Shown here: in pieces, positions 1 to 11,800 of the stretch | Layout: the number at the start of each line of letters is the position of its first letter | Position numbering within the stretch: the stretch's first letter is position 1 | Assembly: GCA_964106915.2 (NCBI GenBank) | Contig: OZ066916.1 | DNA: 64,000 bases | Direction: 5' to 3' (one strand) | From: Podarcis gaigeae | Taxonomy: Eukaryota | Program-made: the position numbers and the translations under genes | Notes under the pieces: model-generated | Seen by the model: only the letters and a program-made list of their open reading frames with translations | Told to the model about the DNA's origin: nothing | Databases searched by the model: none

Positions 1-730
1 TGAGCTCAGTGAGGCTTGCTTCTAAGTAGATATGGCAATAATTGTACTGTGAGACTGGTTTCCTGGTGGCAATTTAATAGAGCACATATTTAGCATTTCT
101 AATTGGGAGGGACACCTGGTTATTAGTTTAATTTTAGTTTGGAAAATACAGTCAAGATCTCACTCAAGTAGCAGAGCTATGTCTGGTTTGTACTGCTGCA
201 TTTATGGAGCTGAATGTTTCAGCGTGCAAGGCAGTTCCTTTACATAGACAACTGAGCTAGATGTTTGGCAAAATGCCAAGCTACAGCTCTTCTCACATGT
301 CTGAGAGAAGTTTTGTATGGAAGAGAATTCAGTCATGGGTGCTCTCAGATCTTTACCACCTAACTTGAGTAGGTAGATCTAGTAAGTACTAGATCAGCAC
401 CTAATGTGTGACTTGTTGCAGCCATATGGATCTTTGAAGCCTCTCTGGTTAAGGGCTTTTTAAAGGAAGGTTTGAGAGTCCTGTCAAGCCTAGAATTGTG
501 GCTGATTTAAATACAGTGATGCAGATCTTTAGAAAATTGTTATTCTACCCTAAATCAATGTTGATTTCTTTAGTTTAATCTATGGCACTTTACATAGAAC
601 AATTTGACAGATCTGTAGCTGAGGAGTTCATAAGCTTGCACATGTGTTTTGATTTACTTTTAGTAAAAATGACAAAGTATTTCAGGCTAACTTTATGCTG
701 GATGAATATCTTAAAAGATTTTCAATAGGC

Positions 731-904
731 CAGTGGTTCCCAGTTGGTGGTCCACAGACCCCAGGAGGTCCACGTAACCCACCCAGGGAGTCCATGGAAG
801 CATTCACATAACAAAAACTACCGTGGAGATATCAAAATTTTCTAAAGTAGGGGTTCCATGGATTGATTTTTCAAAAACAATACCTAGCTGATTGGGAACC
901 ATTG
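731..904. mobile_element. hAT (Charlie-like) MITE
   Basis: TIRs CAGTGGTTCCCA / TGGGAACCATTG; imperfect 8-bp TSD caataggc / caatagca. Confidence 0.75.
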
Positions 905-2353
905 CAATAGCAAAAAAGTATTTGAAGTGGAGTTTGTTGAGGGAGGGGGCATTCGGTAAAGTGGACAGAGACTTGATTGGCACGTAACACTATGCCAAAC
1001 TTTAGGGAAGTCAGAGCACATGGGCACCTTCAGGAAAAAAATTGTGGCTGATTACTCCTTCCCTAGTCTGGCTTAGCATTTTGTGTGAAGCTGGGTTTTT
1101 GGTTCTTGTAGTTTGGCAGCAGGAAAACTGAAAAGAAGAAGCCACTGTTTTTACTGTGAGTATCTACATGCTCATGTGTTGTCACACAGCCATGTTTTGG
1201 CGTAGCATTATATATGAACTTGGCCTTACTTGGTTCAAATATTAGTTTCAAACAAAATGGAATCTTCCCTGGAAATTTCTTTGTCTACTTCCTAGAGATA
1301 GTACCTGAAAGAAAGCTAATTACAAGTTAGATTTTAGATTTGACTACTATTTCAATTGCACAACTCATCCTGTTTGGTGTTTACCATTATATTACTATTT
1401 AATTTTAAGAAACACTACAATTCTAAACTCAGAAAAAATTCACTCAGTCGCTGTTTTAAAACAGGTCTCTGGAAGTCACTAAACTGGCACTGTACATCAA
1501 AATATCATCATATCAGAGTTCTTTGCGAATTGATCTATTTCCTGAGAATGCTGAGAGTGCTCTTAGTTTCTAGCTTCTCTGTTGTCACTCCATTTCTATT
1601 ACTGTTTATAGCTGCTTCTTTTTAAACACTGAGTAACTATTCTCGTGAAATTGTTACAGTGAGTTTGTTTTCAAGTATTTTTATGGACCCTGAAGTTTTA
1701 CTAGTTAAGTTGATAACTAATCTTTCACAGATATTTTCCATCAGTACAAGTGCCATGGAACTCTGGACTTGCATGAATACGTAATTTCATTTAATAGGCA
1801 TTTTCTGTAATACTTCATGGAAGTTTATCAGTCTGGCATTGCCAAATTATGAAGCAGTTTCCCACTAACAAGTATTGATTAGTCTTAAATTCTGTCAGCC
1901 ATTGTGATTTTAAAGAGTTTGGTTGTTCATAAATGTGATTAGAAATGTACTTTGTTACATTTTTTAGTTTTGGGAATACTCAGACAATTTTGTACTTTAA
2001 AAAAAAAGGTTTCTCTTTTAAAGACTTCTAATTCTCTGACACTGAGTTTAGACACTGAGAATCAATATCATGGACAGCACCTAATGAGTCCCATCAGGGG
2101 GAGCTATTATTATTAATAATAGTTTGAGTTGTACCTACTACAATAACTGTTCAATTTGTAAAACCATTATTTTCTAAGTACCTCAGTCCTTTCTAACTGG
2201 ACATACTTAGCCTGTAATATTATGTGCTTCTACATAGCATGGGCTTTTCCACTGACATTGGTGCCTGTTTCTTTGTATCGATATTTGTGTATTTTGTGTG
2301 CCCCCATTCCTGTTCTTAATTTGTAAAAAAATACATATTGATTATATTTTCAG

Positions 2354-2417
2354 GTCATCCAAGTCTCATCCAGGACCTGTTGTCCATATTAGTGACAATC
2401 CAATGGATGAAGGCAAG
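2354..2417 (+). CDS. STXBP5: STXBP5 (tomosyn-1) coding exon, ~exon 6 (64 nt)
   Basis: tttcag|G...AAG|gtatgt; translates (L)SSKSHPGPVVHISDNPMDEGK, matching the tomosyn-1 WD40 region. Confidence 0.96.
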
Positions 2418-3381
2418 GTATGTTAAAACTTGGAAATGAAAAAAAAAATTGCTTAAGAGTTGAATTGTTTCTTAACATTAACTTATTTCACTTAGCATCT
2501 CTGTTTTGGATGCTAATAGTTTGTAAAACAATGTGAGGTGTCAGGTGCATTAGTGGCAATGTCCGACTTCAAACTGTAATATTTTGTTGGGAAAGACTTT
2601 GATCTCCCTAGGTGAGAGAGGTACGGAGAGTGTTCTTGTGTTGCTCTGGGTGAGAGATGGCTTTTTTGTTTCTATTCTTTTTCTTCTTATTCATTGGACT
2701 TTCTAATGTTGAAGTGCTCTTATTCAACAGAGCTATCTTTTTGTGCATGCCTATTGGTTGTTGCTTGTTTTATTGAAGGGAGAACTAAGTGGATGGTGTG
2801 GTGCAAGGAGAGTGTGAATGCTTCCCGATTGAGGATGACAGCATGGCTCCTGAATTCTTGTTTTTTATCATGTGTTAGGGGTTTTTTTTTGTAATAGTTA
2901 TGAGATTTTCTTGATATATGCTGCAGTTAGGTTTTATTTTGATGTTGTGTTTTGATGTATTTTGATGTTTTGTATAGGCTTCAATTATATGGTATATATT
3001 TTATTTATGTGGTTGGTTCTGAAATCAATTGTTGCTTAAAATGTGGAATTTCTTTTATTAACATTAGCAACAGTTTTGAATATGAAATTACTGCATTTTT
3101 AGTTTTTATTTTCGTTGACATACATAAACTGCTTAGAGATTTATGTTGAAATATGCATGTTAAGTAAATACGTTTATTAATAATAGGAATAGAATTTGGA
3201 AGTTCTGGTGAGAACCATGTTTAGGTGTAAATATCTGTGTCAAGATGCCCTTATCAATAACTATTTGGATGAAGTGTTATATATTCCTTTGCAAAAGTGG
3301 CCACACAAACACACACCTGGGGAAATGTGTAGATTGCTTTGGGAGCCACACAGGGGTCACTCCTGTCCTGTGGGCTAATTG

Positions 3382-3387
<6 letters not shown>

Positions 3388-3426
<39 letters not shown>
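3388..3426. repeat. (CA)n microsatellite
   Basis: About 19 uninterrupted CA units. Confidence 0.98.
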
Positions 3427-3427
<1 letters not shown>

Positions 3428-4561
3428 CCATTCCAGTGGAGAATGGGTAAAACAATTATCCTCTTCATTACTTTTATACTATAAAGCCCTCTTCCTCCAC
3501 TGAAGGACATGATAGGGCTTAGAAACCTATTCTTACTGAAAAGATAAGGTCCTTATTGTGAATTAACATTAAAAAAGGTTTATGTCCATCCTTCACATTT
3601 CATTCATGTATAATTTTGTGCTCTTCTAAGAACAACAACTGAAGTGTCTTGTCATATGTCCTAGAGACTGATCCCCCAGAAAAACGGTAGTTAGTGGCAA
3701 TGAAATCATCTCCAGCATCTGGACTATTATGCAAGCATCGCTATTGGATGTTCATAAGTAGCGGCTTATGACACAATGCTGTTTCAAAATTATATGTATA
3801 AAGCATACATAGACATCTTGCCAATGTAAACTCATACTTATGACATTTTAGTGACATTTTTAGACAGTATACATAATTTGTATACAAGAAAGAGATCTAA
3901 TTTTCCACATTTACTGGATTAAATGGAATTTAGTACTTCAGAATGCTTTTTTTTAGTAGGATTATGATATAAATCTTAAATGTTAGAAAATCCTCTCGAT
4001 ATTCTGATACTAGGATTAAAAAGGGATCTTAAAGATATTTCTGTGCAAATGTGGGCAGGGGCCTTACATAATAACAGTTTTGACACGGGTGCATACCAGA
4101 TTGGTGAAGATTATTTCCAAGCGGCAGGAGGCATTTTATGAAGTGTGCAGTAAAGTTACGACAGATTTTCCTCTTTAATACCTTTGCTGTGAAAAAACAT
4201 TACTTTAAAAAAATATATCGGTTCTTTTAGAGTGACTTTTTAGGACTCTAGGTTTCCAGTTTTGAAATTTTTACGTAGTGGATTTTTAGAATGGCTTAAA
4301 ACTATTTTTCTCCCTAAATTATTCAGTCAAACATACATTCTGTGTTTGCATAGGGTATAGATGGAGGATTATCTGTTCCTTCAGTTACAGTTCTCATGCA
4401 GATGAACATACTATCATGTATTGCTTCTCTCCGTAATAGTAGAAGATGATAGTTGGAAACGTTTATTTTTTAGAGTACCACACCAGTCAACCAACTAGTT
4501 TGATCCTGATGCTGCCTTCTACTCTTATTTTTTGACCCTTGCCTAATAGCTGACTGTTGTA

Positions 4562-4732
4562 CAGGGGAATCCCTGCTTACGCGAGGCTTCTGTTCGTGGC
4601 CACTGCACACATCAGTAGGACGTGCGCAAGTCCTTCCCCTTCTGCTACCACCCCCATTCCACCCCCTTTTGGCACCAAAAATGGTGCGTGTGTCACACAT
4701 GTGGTGGTTATGCGCAAGCGGGGAGCTGCCTG
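4562..4732. mobile_element. Tc1/mariner (Tigger-like) MITE, diverged
   Basis: TA|CAGGGGAATCCCTGCTTACGCG ... CGCAAGCGGGGAGCTGCCTG|TA imperfect TIRs with TA TSD. Confidence 0.65.
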
Positions 4733-5350
4733 TATTTCAATTCAAGAGCTGATTACTTTTGGTGGTCTGGTTTTATATTTCATCTGTGAAAAACTGCAAA
4801 AACCTCTAGTTCAATAACATGTGCAGTCTCCATGCTAAAAACTAACATTCAAGTCGATGTAATATGGTCCACGTTAAATGTACACAAACTACAAAAACAG
4901 AATTATTATTATTTTTGAGTTCGCAATAAAGGAGCATTGCACAAAATTAAAACAAACCAATTCAGGCACAGGTGAGATATTTTATTTCAGTTTTTCTGTG
5001 TCTTAAAAGGGCAAAATGCATATTAGAACTGTGTCTTAAAAACACAAAACAGCCACTTTTCCTGTTACATAGTTTTCATCATGCAGTGTGTTGTTGTTTT
5101 TGATGGAGTTGGATTTGAATATTCCTGTATTTGTACAGTCTAGGGTGTATCTTTCTGCATATCTGAATTGGTTCTTATTTATTTACATTAGGGTCAATCT
5201 TTTCCTTTGACCCTTTTGGTAGTGAGTCATTTAGAATATTCTACGTTTTAAGTCTAGTTGCAATGTGATAAGTGGCAGGTGACCCTGCATACTTGAAGAA
5301 GAGGAGGAAACAAACCATATTGGGGAATTTAGTAATAGTAGTAGCAGCAG

Positions 5351-6434
5351 AAAAACTTCTGCTTCATTGACTATGCAAAAGCCTTTGACTGTGTCAACCA
5401 CAGCAAACTATGGCAAGTTCTTAAAGAAATGGGAGTGCCTGATCACCTCATCCGTCTCCTGAGAAATCTCTATGTGGGACAAGAAGTTGCAGTTGGAACT
5501 GGATATGGAACTGATTGGTTCATATTGGGAAAGGAGTATGACAAGGCTGTATATTGTCTCCCTGCTTATTTAACTTATATGTGGAATTCATCATGCGAAA
5601 GGCTGGGCTGGATGAATCCCAAACTGGAATTAAGATTGCCAGAAGAAATATCAACAACCTCCGATATGCAGATGACACAACCTTGATGGCAGAAAGTGAG
5701 GAGGAATTAAAGAACCTTTTAATGAGGGTGAAAGAGGAGAGTGCAAAATATGGTCTGAAGCTCAACATCAAAAAACGAAGATCATGGCCACTGGGCCCAT
5801 CACCTCCTGGCAAATAGAAGGGGAAGAAATGGAGGCAGTGCGAGATTTTACTTTCTTGGGCTCCATGATCACTGCAGATGGTGACAGCAGTCACAAAATT
5901 AAAAGACGCCTGTTTCTTGGGAGAAAAGCAATGACGAACCTAGACAGCATCTTAAAAAGTAGAGACATCACCTTGCTGACAAAGGTCCGTATAGTTAAAG
6001 CTATGGTTTTCCCAGTAGTGATGTATGGAAGTGAGAGCTGGACCATAAAGAAGGCTGATCGCCGAAGAATTGATGCTTTAGAATTATGGTGCTGGAGGAG
6101 ACTCTTGAGAGACCCATGAACTCCAAGAATATCAAACGTATCCATTCTTAAGGAAATCAGCCCTGAGTGCTCACTGGAAGGACAGATCGTGAAGCTGAGG
6201 CTCCAATACTTTGGCCACCTCATGAGAAGAGAAGACTCCCTGGAAAAGACCCTGATGTTGGAAAAGATGGAGGGCACAAGAAGAAGGGGGCAAGATGGTT
6301 GGACAGTGTTCTCAAAGCTACCAACATGAGTTTGACCAAACTGCGGGAGGCAGTGGAAAACAGGAGTGCCTGGCGTGTTCTGGTCCATGGGGGTCACAAA
6401 GAGTCGGACACGACTAAATGACTAAACAACAAGA
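5351..6434 (+). mobile_element. Bov-B (RTE) LINE, 5'-truncated, disabled
   Basis: RT motifs FIDYAKAFD, NNLRYADDTTLMAESEEELK, FTFLGSMIT, MYGSESWT spread over shifted frames; 3' end GAGTCGGACACGACT..AAACAACAA; flanking direct repeat agtagcagcag (5340-5350 / 6435-6445); frameshifts and stops. Confidence 0.95.
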
Positions 6435-7224
6435 AGTAGCAGCAGCAGTAGTATTTATACCTCACATTTTTCCCTGATAGGATTCAAGGTGCCTTACAGA
6501 TTATAATAAGAATTGATAAAAACATAAAAAAGAATAATTAAAAAACCAATTAAACATTAATAGAATTAGGACTATATACATATATAAAATCTGTTTAAGG
6601 CATACAAATAATTGCAGTAAAAGCATTGCAGAAAATCAAATAAGGACTCAGGTAATTTATTTTTCCTAATCAACCTTGTATCACGTTTTAAGATTAGTGT
6701 TTCTTCAGGGTAATTATCAGACTATGCATGCAAAATAATTCAGTTCACTACACTGCATCTGCTGGTTTGCCACAAGCTGGGAGTTTCAGTCTGTGGTGAT
6801 CTTTATTTCCTAGATTTAATACCTCTGCGTGTTCATCCATGGGTGGATTCATTTAATTCGATTGAGACTGAAGCAACCATGAGACTATTTGTCTTTTTCT
6901 GACAATTCAAGTGTACTTTAAACAGTCTTTGAAATTGCATATCATAGTATCTGTATATTTCTTTTATTTCGGAATAGTCTGTCAGTAGGCATGTCCTAAA
7001 CACTGGGTTTAGTATTTAAAATATATTTCATCTTTTGGTGTCTCTGATAGTATTGTTACAGTTTTAGGATATTGTTACCTTTTAGTATTATGCTTCTATA
7101 ATTGTCCTTAACATTTGCATTTTAATCCAGAAATTTTTAGAATTGAATCACATGTATTCAGGTACTAGAAATAACTCATTTTCACTCCCAGAAAATTAAT
7201 ATTTTCTTTGGTTATTTATTACAG

Positions 7225-7308
7225 CTGTTGATTGGTTTTGAATCAGGAACAGTAGCATTATGGGACCTCAAATGCAAGAAGGCAGATTACAGATACACAC
7301 ATGACGAG
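7225..7308 (+). CDS. STXBP5: STXBP5 exon ~7 (84 nt)
   Basis: tacag|CTG...GAG|gtaact; LLIGFESGTVALWDLKCKKADYRYTHDE; phase 0-0 continues the previous exon. Confidence 0.96.
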
Positions 7309-9042
7309 GTAACTGAAGTTATTAATCTGGCAGGTTTTTGTACTCATGATATTAGAATTAAAGCAGTTTTGTAGTTTAACATTAGAAACATAGTTATTTG
7401 CTTGTGTTTGTCTGGAATGATCTCCCCCAACCTGTTGCATTTAACATGTTTTAGCTGTGCTGACTGGGATTGACAGGCGTTTTCATCCACAACATCTGGA
7501 GGGCACTACAATTCTATGATTCTATTCTATATGTATACGAGTTACACAAATTCATACATTAATATGTTGAAGCATTGTTGGAAAAAAACTTCATAAGATA
7601 GCAACAGATTTGGGAATAACGTTTCTGAGGTTGCTAAACTTGCATGTGCTCTATGGACTTCAGTGTAGTGTGTGTATTTAATAGTTCTTAACTACAGCAT
7701 CTGAATGTTAATGTTGAAGACATGGAGAAATGGGGGTGGAGAGATTAGGAGAGAAATGCAGGAAAATGTCAGAGGTTTGGATAGACCAACCTCCCCCCTC
7801 CCACAAGAAAGTGGCTACAGTAAAGATTGCACATGTATGCTTCTCTCCTGCTGCTGTATGGTGCCGTGTTCATCAGACAGAAATACACAGGCTTCAGTCT
7901 AAGCAGTTTTTTTGCCCTGCAAAAAGGGATGGATAGGGAGATTGGCTTCTAAAGTGACTATGGAAGAGGGTTATATATTTTTCTTAGCCCAGCTATCTCT
8001 ATACTTTGGTGACAGAGAGAGGCTATATTTCTGTACAGTTGAAGCAATCAAGGGTGTAGTAAGGGTGCAATTACACTCAGGTGAAGCATTCTCTGATGTC
8101 TCTCTATCCTCCAATGATGTGGAGGGATTTCAGGGTAAACAAGTAGCAATCCTTGCTTATCTGCTTCTCACTCCCCATTCCCCACCCCAGTTCATTACAG
8201 GTTCCCAGTTTGGTTTTTCTAGAACCTCAGAAAGCATCTGTATCTGTGTCTAAAGTGTGGAGTGGACGAGAAACATAGTTTCCTCCTATAATTAAATGTG
8301 TATGAACGTCAGAAAATGAAGAAAGCTTTAGCAAACCATTATGTGTTTAGGTTCAGCAGTGACTAGTTTGGGCCAGCAACTATACATTTGCATTTTAAAT
8401 GAAGTGACATTTTTAGATCTGTGGAAAAGGAACTGATTATCTTAAACACCATAATTGACTCATCCATTCTGCTCTCTGGATTAATGAAGTAGGGAATTTG
8501 AAAAATTCTTTTCTGTTAATTGTTGGCTATGTGCTTCTAGGCATGGTTTTGGGGAGCAATTGGCACAAGGAGAATGGGGATTAAACATGGCCATAATTTT
8601 ACTGATCACAACATATTCGAGTTTGGCGCAACAACAGGCAAGAATCTGTATCGGGCATACACATCTCCCAGCCCAGCCCACCTACTGGGCAACCATAGCT
8701 GCTACTGTGAGTCCTGCTATCAACCTGGGTGTGTGGCAGCCATTCACCCATCTTACCCCTCTGAGCCTAGAGCCATAGTCTTTAAAGTGCCATCTTCAAG
8801 ACCCCACTGGGGTCCCCTCATAAGCTTCAGATCCTGTCCAGTGCACTGCCCCACTCAAAAAAACCTGATATGGCTGAAACATAAATACAACTGCTTCCTC
8901 TCTTTGAGGTAGGCAAAAACCTTTCAGCCTAGTTAGGCCAATTAAGACAGTATAATGTCTTTCCAACAAATGTCCACAGCAAAATCACACCTAGCAAAAG
9001 GAACATGGGTTGGAAAGCTGACAATTCCAATACTAGTGCTAT

Positions 9043-9390
9043 AAAAGGCAATGGGACCCCTGACCTTTAGGTACAGTCGTGACCGACTCTGGGGTTGCGG
9101 CGCTCATCTCGCTTTACTGGCCGAGGGAGCCGGCGTACAGCTTCCGGGTCATGTGGCCAGCATGACTAAGCTGCTTCTGGCAAACCAGAGCAGCACACGG
9201 AAACGCCGTTTACCTTCCCACCAGAGCGGTACCTATTTATCTACTTGCACTTTGATGTGCTTTCGAACTGCTAGGTTTGCAGGAGCAGGGACCAAGCAAC
9301 GGGAGCTCACCCCGTCCCGAAGATTCAAACCACCGACCTTTTGATCGGCAACCCCTAGGCTCTGGCTTAACTCACAGAGCCACCCACGTC
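9043..9390 (-). mobile_element. Sauria SINE (lacertid type), near full length
   Basis: Reverse complement has a tRNA-like head (GACGTGGGTGGCTCTGTG..GGTTTGAATC), core GTAGATAAATAGGTACCGCT..GCTGGCCACATGACCCGGAAG and Bov-B-like tail GAGTCGGTCACGACT. Confidence 0.93.
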
Positions 9391-11800
9391 TGAAGACGTC
9401 TTCAATTTTGACTGATTCTAGTTCTCTCCAGGTATACTTCAGAATTCTAGCACCCTAATCCATGCAAACAGTGGTTCAGACCACAGCACCACCCACGTCC
9501 CTATAGCCTGGGCTTTATTTATACCATAGGAATGGACCAGCAGGAATAAATTCTCACGTTGATCCATTTCACAAGCCTTCCCCCTGAGGTCAGGCAGGCT
9601 GTTGATTGGCCTCCAGAGTCAGGCCAGGTAGAATGCAGTGTGGCCAACCACCCAACCAGGGAGGGAGACCTCCCCACAGCTTTTCTCCATGTCAGTGGCA
9701 CAATGCTGCCTCACCACAAAATGGTGGAGAGTTGGCGATTCTGTTTCTGTTTTTTTGTAGTACTTAGGTTATGTAATTGTATTGTATTCTTATTACCAAC
9801 TGCCCTGGATTATATTCCTATAAAGGAATACCGTAAATAAATACCTCTCGACAAGTTCTCTTCTGGTTCATGTGCATAAACTTTCAGTATTCTGATTACA
9901 CTGCTGACTTGCAGCTATCATCATAATCCTCTTTTTTTTTATTCACTTTACCTCATAGCTTGGGACACTGAGAACTGCTTCACACAGTACTGCATATATC
10001 CTGTTTGGTACTTACTGCTGTAAATGCATAAAGGGTAAACATGTACAAGACTGAACTTTTTTATTGCAGTTGAACCATTTCATTTTTCATTGGGAAAATG
10101 AATATATATATTGTGATGCTGAATAATGTGTGAAATAAGTATTTTTCAATATTCTAGGAGTCCTCAATTCAGCTGTTGTGTTTATAGTATCCTAAGATTA
10201 ATACTACGGTAATTATAGTTTAAAAGTCTGCAGTCTATGCAGGGAGTTTGGATATGAAGAAGGGAAATAGGAGCACAGTAAAATGACAAATTGAGCCCAT
10301 ATGGTTACTTTTTTCTAATGGTTAAATAAGAAATCTATATAAATAACATGTGAGCTAAAAGGGGAGATGTTTTTGGTTTTTTGCTATTTAAATTTTGCCA
10401 AAGACAGGAATTAGACTCATCCTTGATGTAGCCTATGAGGAACAAAGCCATGGGTCATATTCTCCATTTCCATTCACTGTTTCTTTTGTAACCACAAAGA
10501 GAAGCTTTTGATTTTCAAGTAACCACTGTTCCCCTTGGTGTCCAAATGTGGAAAAACTTGTTTGTTTTCATGACTAGAGAGAACAAATTGGTTTAGACCC
10601 TTGATTTCACATCCTGACTTGTTTTCAAACCATAGTTTAAACAAACCCCCATTTTCTAAGTTTGGATATTGTGAGAAATTTCAACTAAAATAGAAAGCAG
10701 GAGCTTTGAATCTCCTTGCAGGCACAAAAGAGGTAAAGTGAGGAGGTTCACCCTCATTTTTTTTATAGCAGGAAACTTTGTTTTTCTAAAATATAACTTT
10801 TTGGTTGCAGAATATTGGGCTTCTGATTACATATTGTCATGCATGCCAGCTATGGAAGCTAGAGTTGCTGTAACAATGCAGTCTTTGGTAATAGACTGTT
10901 ATTGCACACTTCTTTTTTTGACAGAGTCAAGAATTTCTTATGCTATATTTACTCTACAAAAAATGTGACACATAACTATTTTACTACTTCATTTCACGTC
11001 TTGTTCTATGTAATGTCACAATTCTGTGTGGGATTTCAGATGCAATTGAAAACTGCCTTAGTAATGAGTAATTTTAAATTTTCAAATGAACAGTAGAAGC
11101 AGCCTATTTGAAGGGTATCCTTCCTATTTCTGTTTGGATGCATGGTTTCTGGTAACATTATTTGTACTTAAAGTAAAAATAAGACAGCTATTGAATCATT
11201 GGCTGCTATGGATTCTTACTTCATGAACATTGGCCTAAGGGCAGTTTCAATATTCTTCCAACATGCAGATTGCAAAAAAAAAAAGCCATACAGTATCTAA
11301 GAAAGTGCTCATGTGAAAGTGGTAGTAACATTTGTAAGATTTCCTTATTATATAACTGAGTGTTGACTGTGGACACTTGTGCCAACATAACCCTTGCGAT
11401 GACCAAACTGTTGTGAATATATTTGGCTTGAATCCATAATGCCCCCTTCCAATCTGGGCTATTTTATTCTGTATTGTGGTATTAAAATGTTCCTGTCTTA
11501 GAAGGGGAGAGGAGTAGAGGAAGGAGGCCCAATATGTGCAGCTAGGAGGAATAACACCGTTTTAGAAAACTGATCATTTTCTACCTGAAGTGCTCTATTA
11601 TATTCAGAGTGGCATCACTACCAAGAGCAACACTCCAGCAGCAATAAGAGCTCTAACCTGGAAGCAGTTTATGAATATTTGTGGTGCTATTTCTAATCTG
11701 TTTGTAATCCCTACAGTAAATTTTGGCAAGTTGGACTTATGAGTTATGCTGATAAGCAGGGACAAAGCTTAGCAAATACCGCATGTTTATCCTTTGGATG

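Noticed and set aside
3277-3510. ORF with CVCVCV repeats
   Set aside because: Translation of the (CA)n microsatellite
5891-6397. Antisense ORFs of 168 aa (5891-6397) and 124 aa (5520-5894)
   Set aside because: They are the reverse strand of the Bov-B RT region
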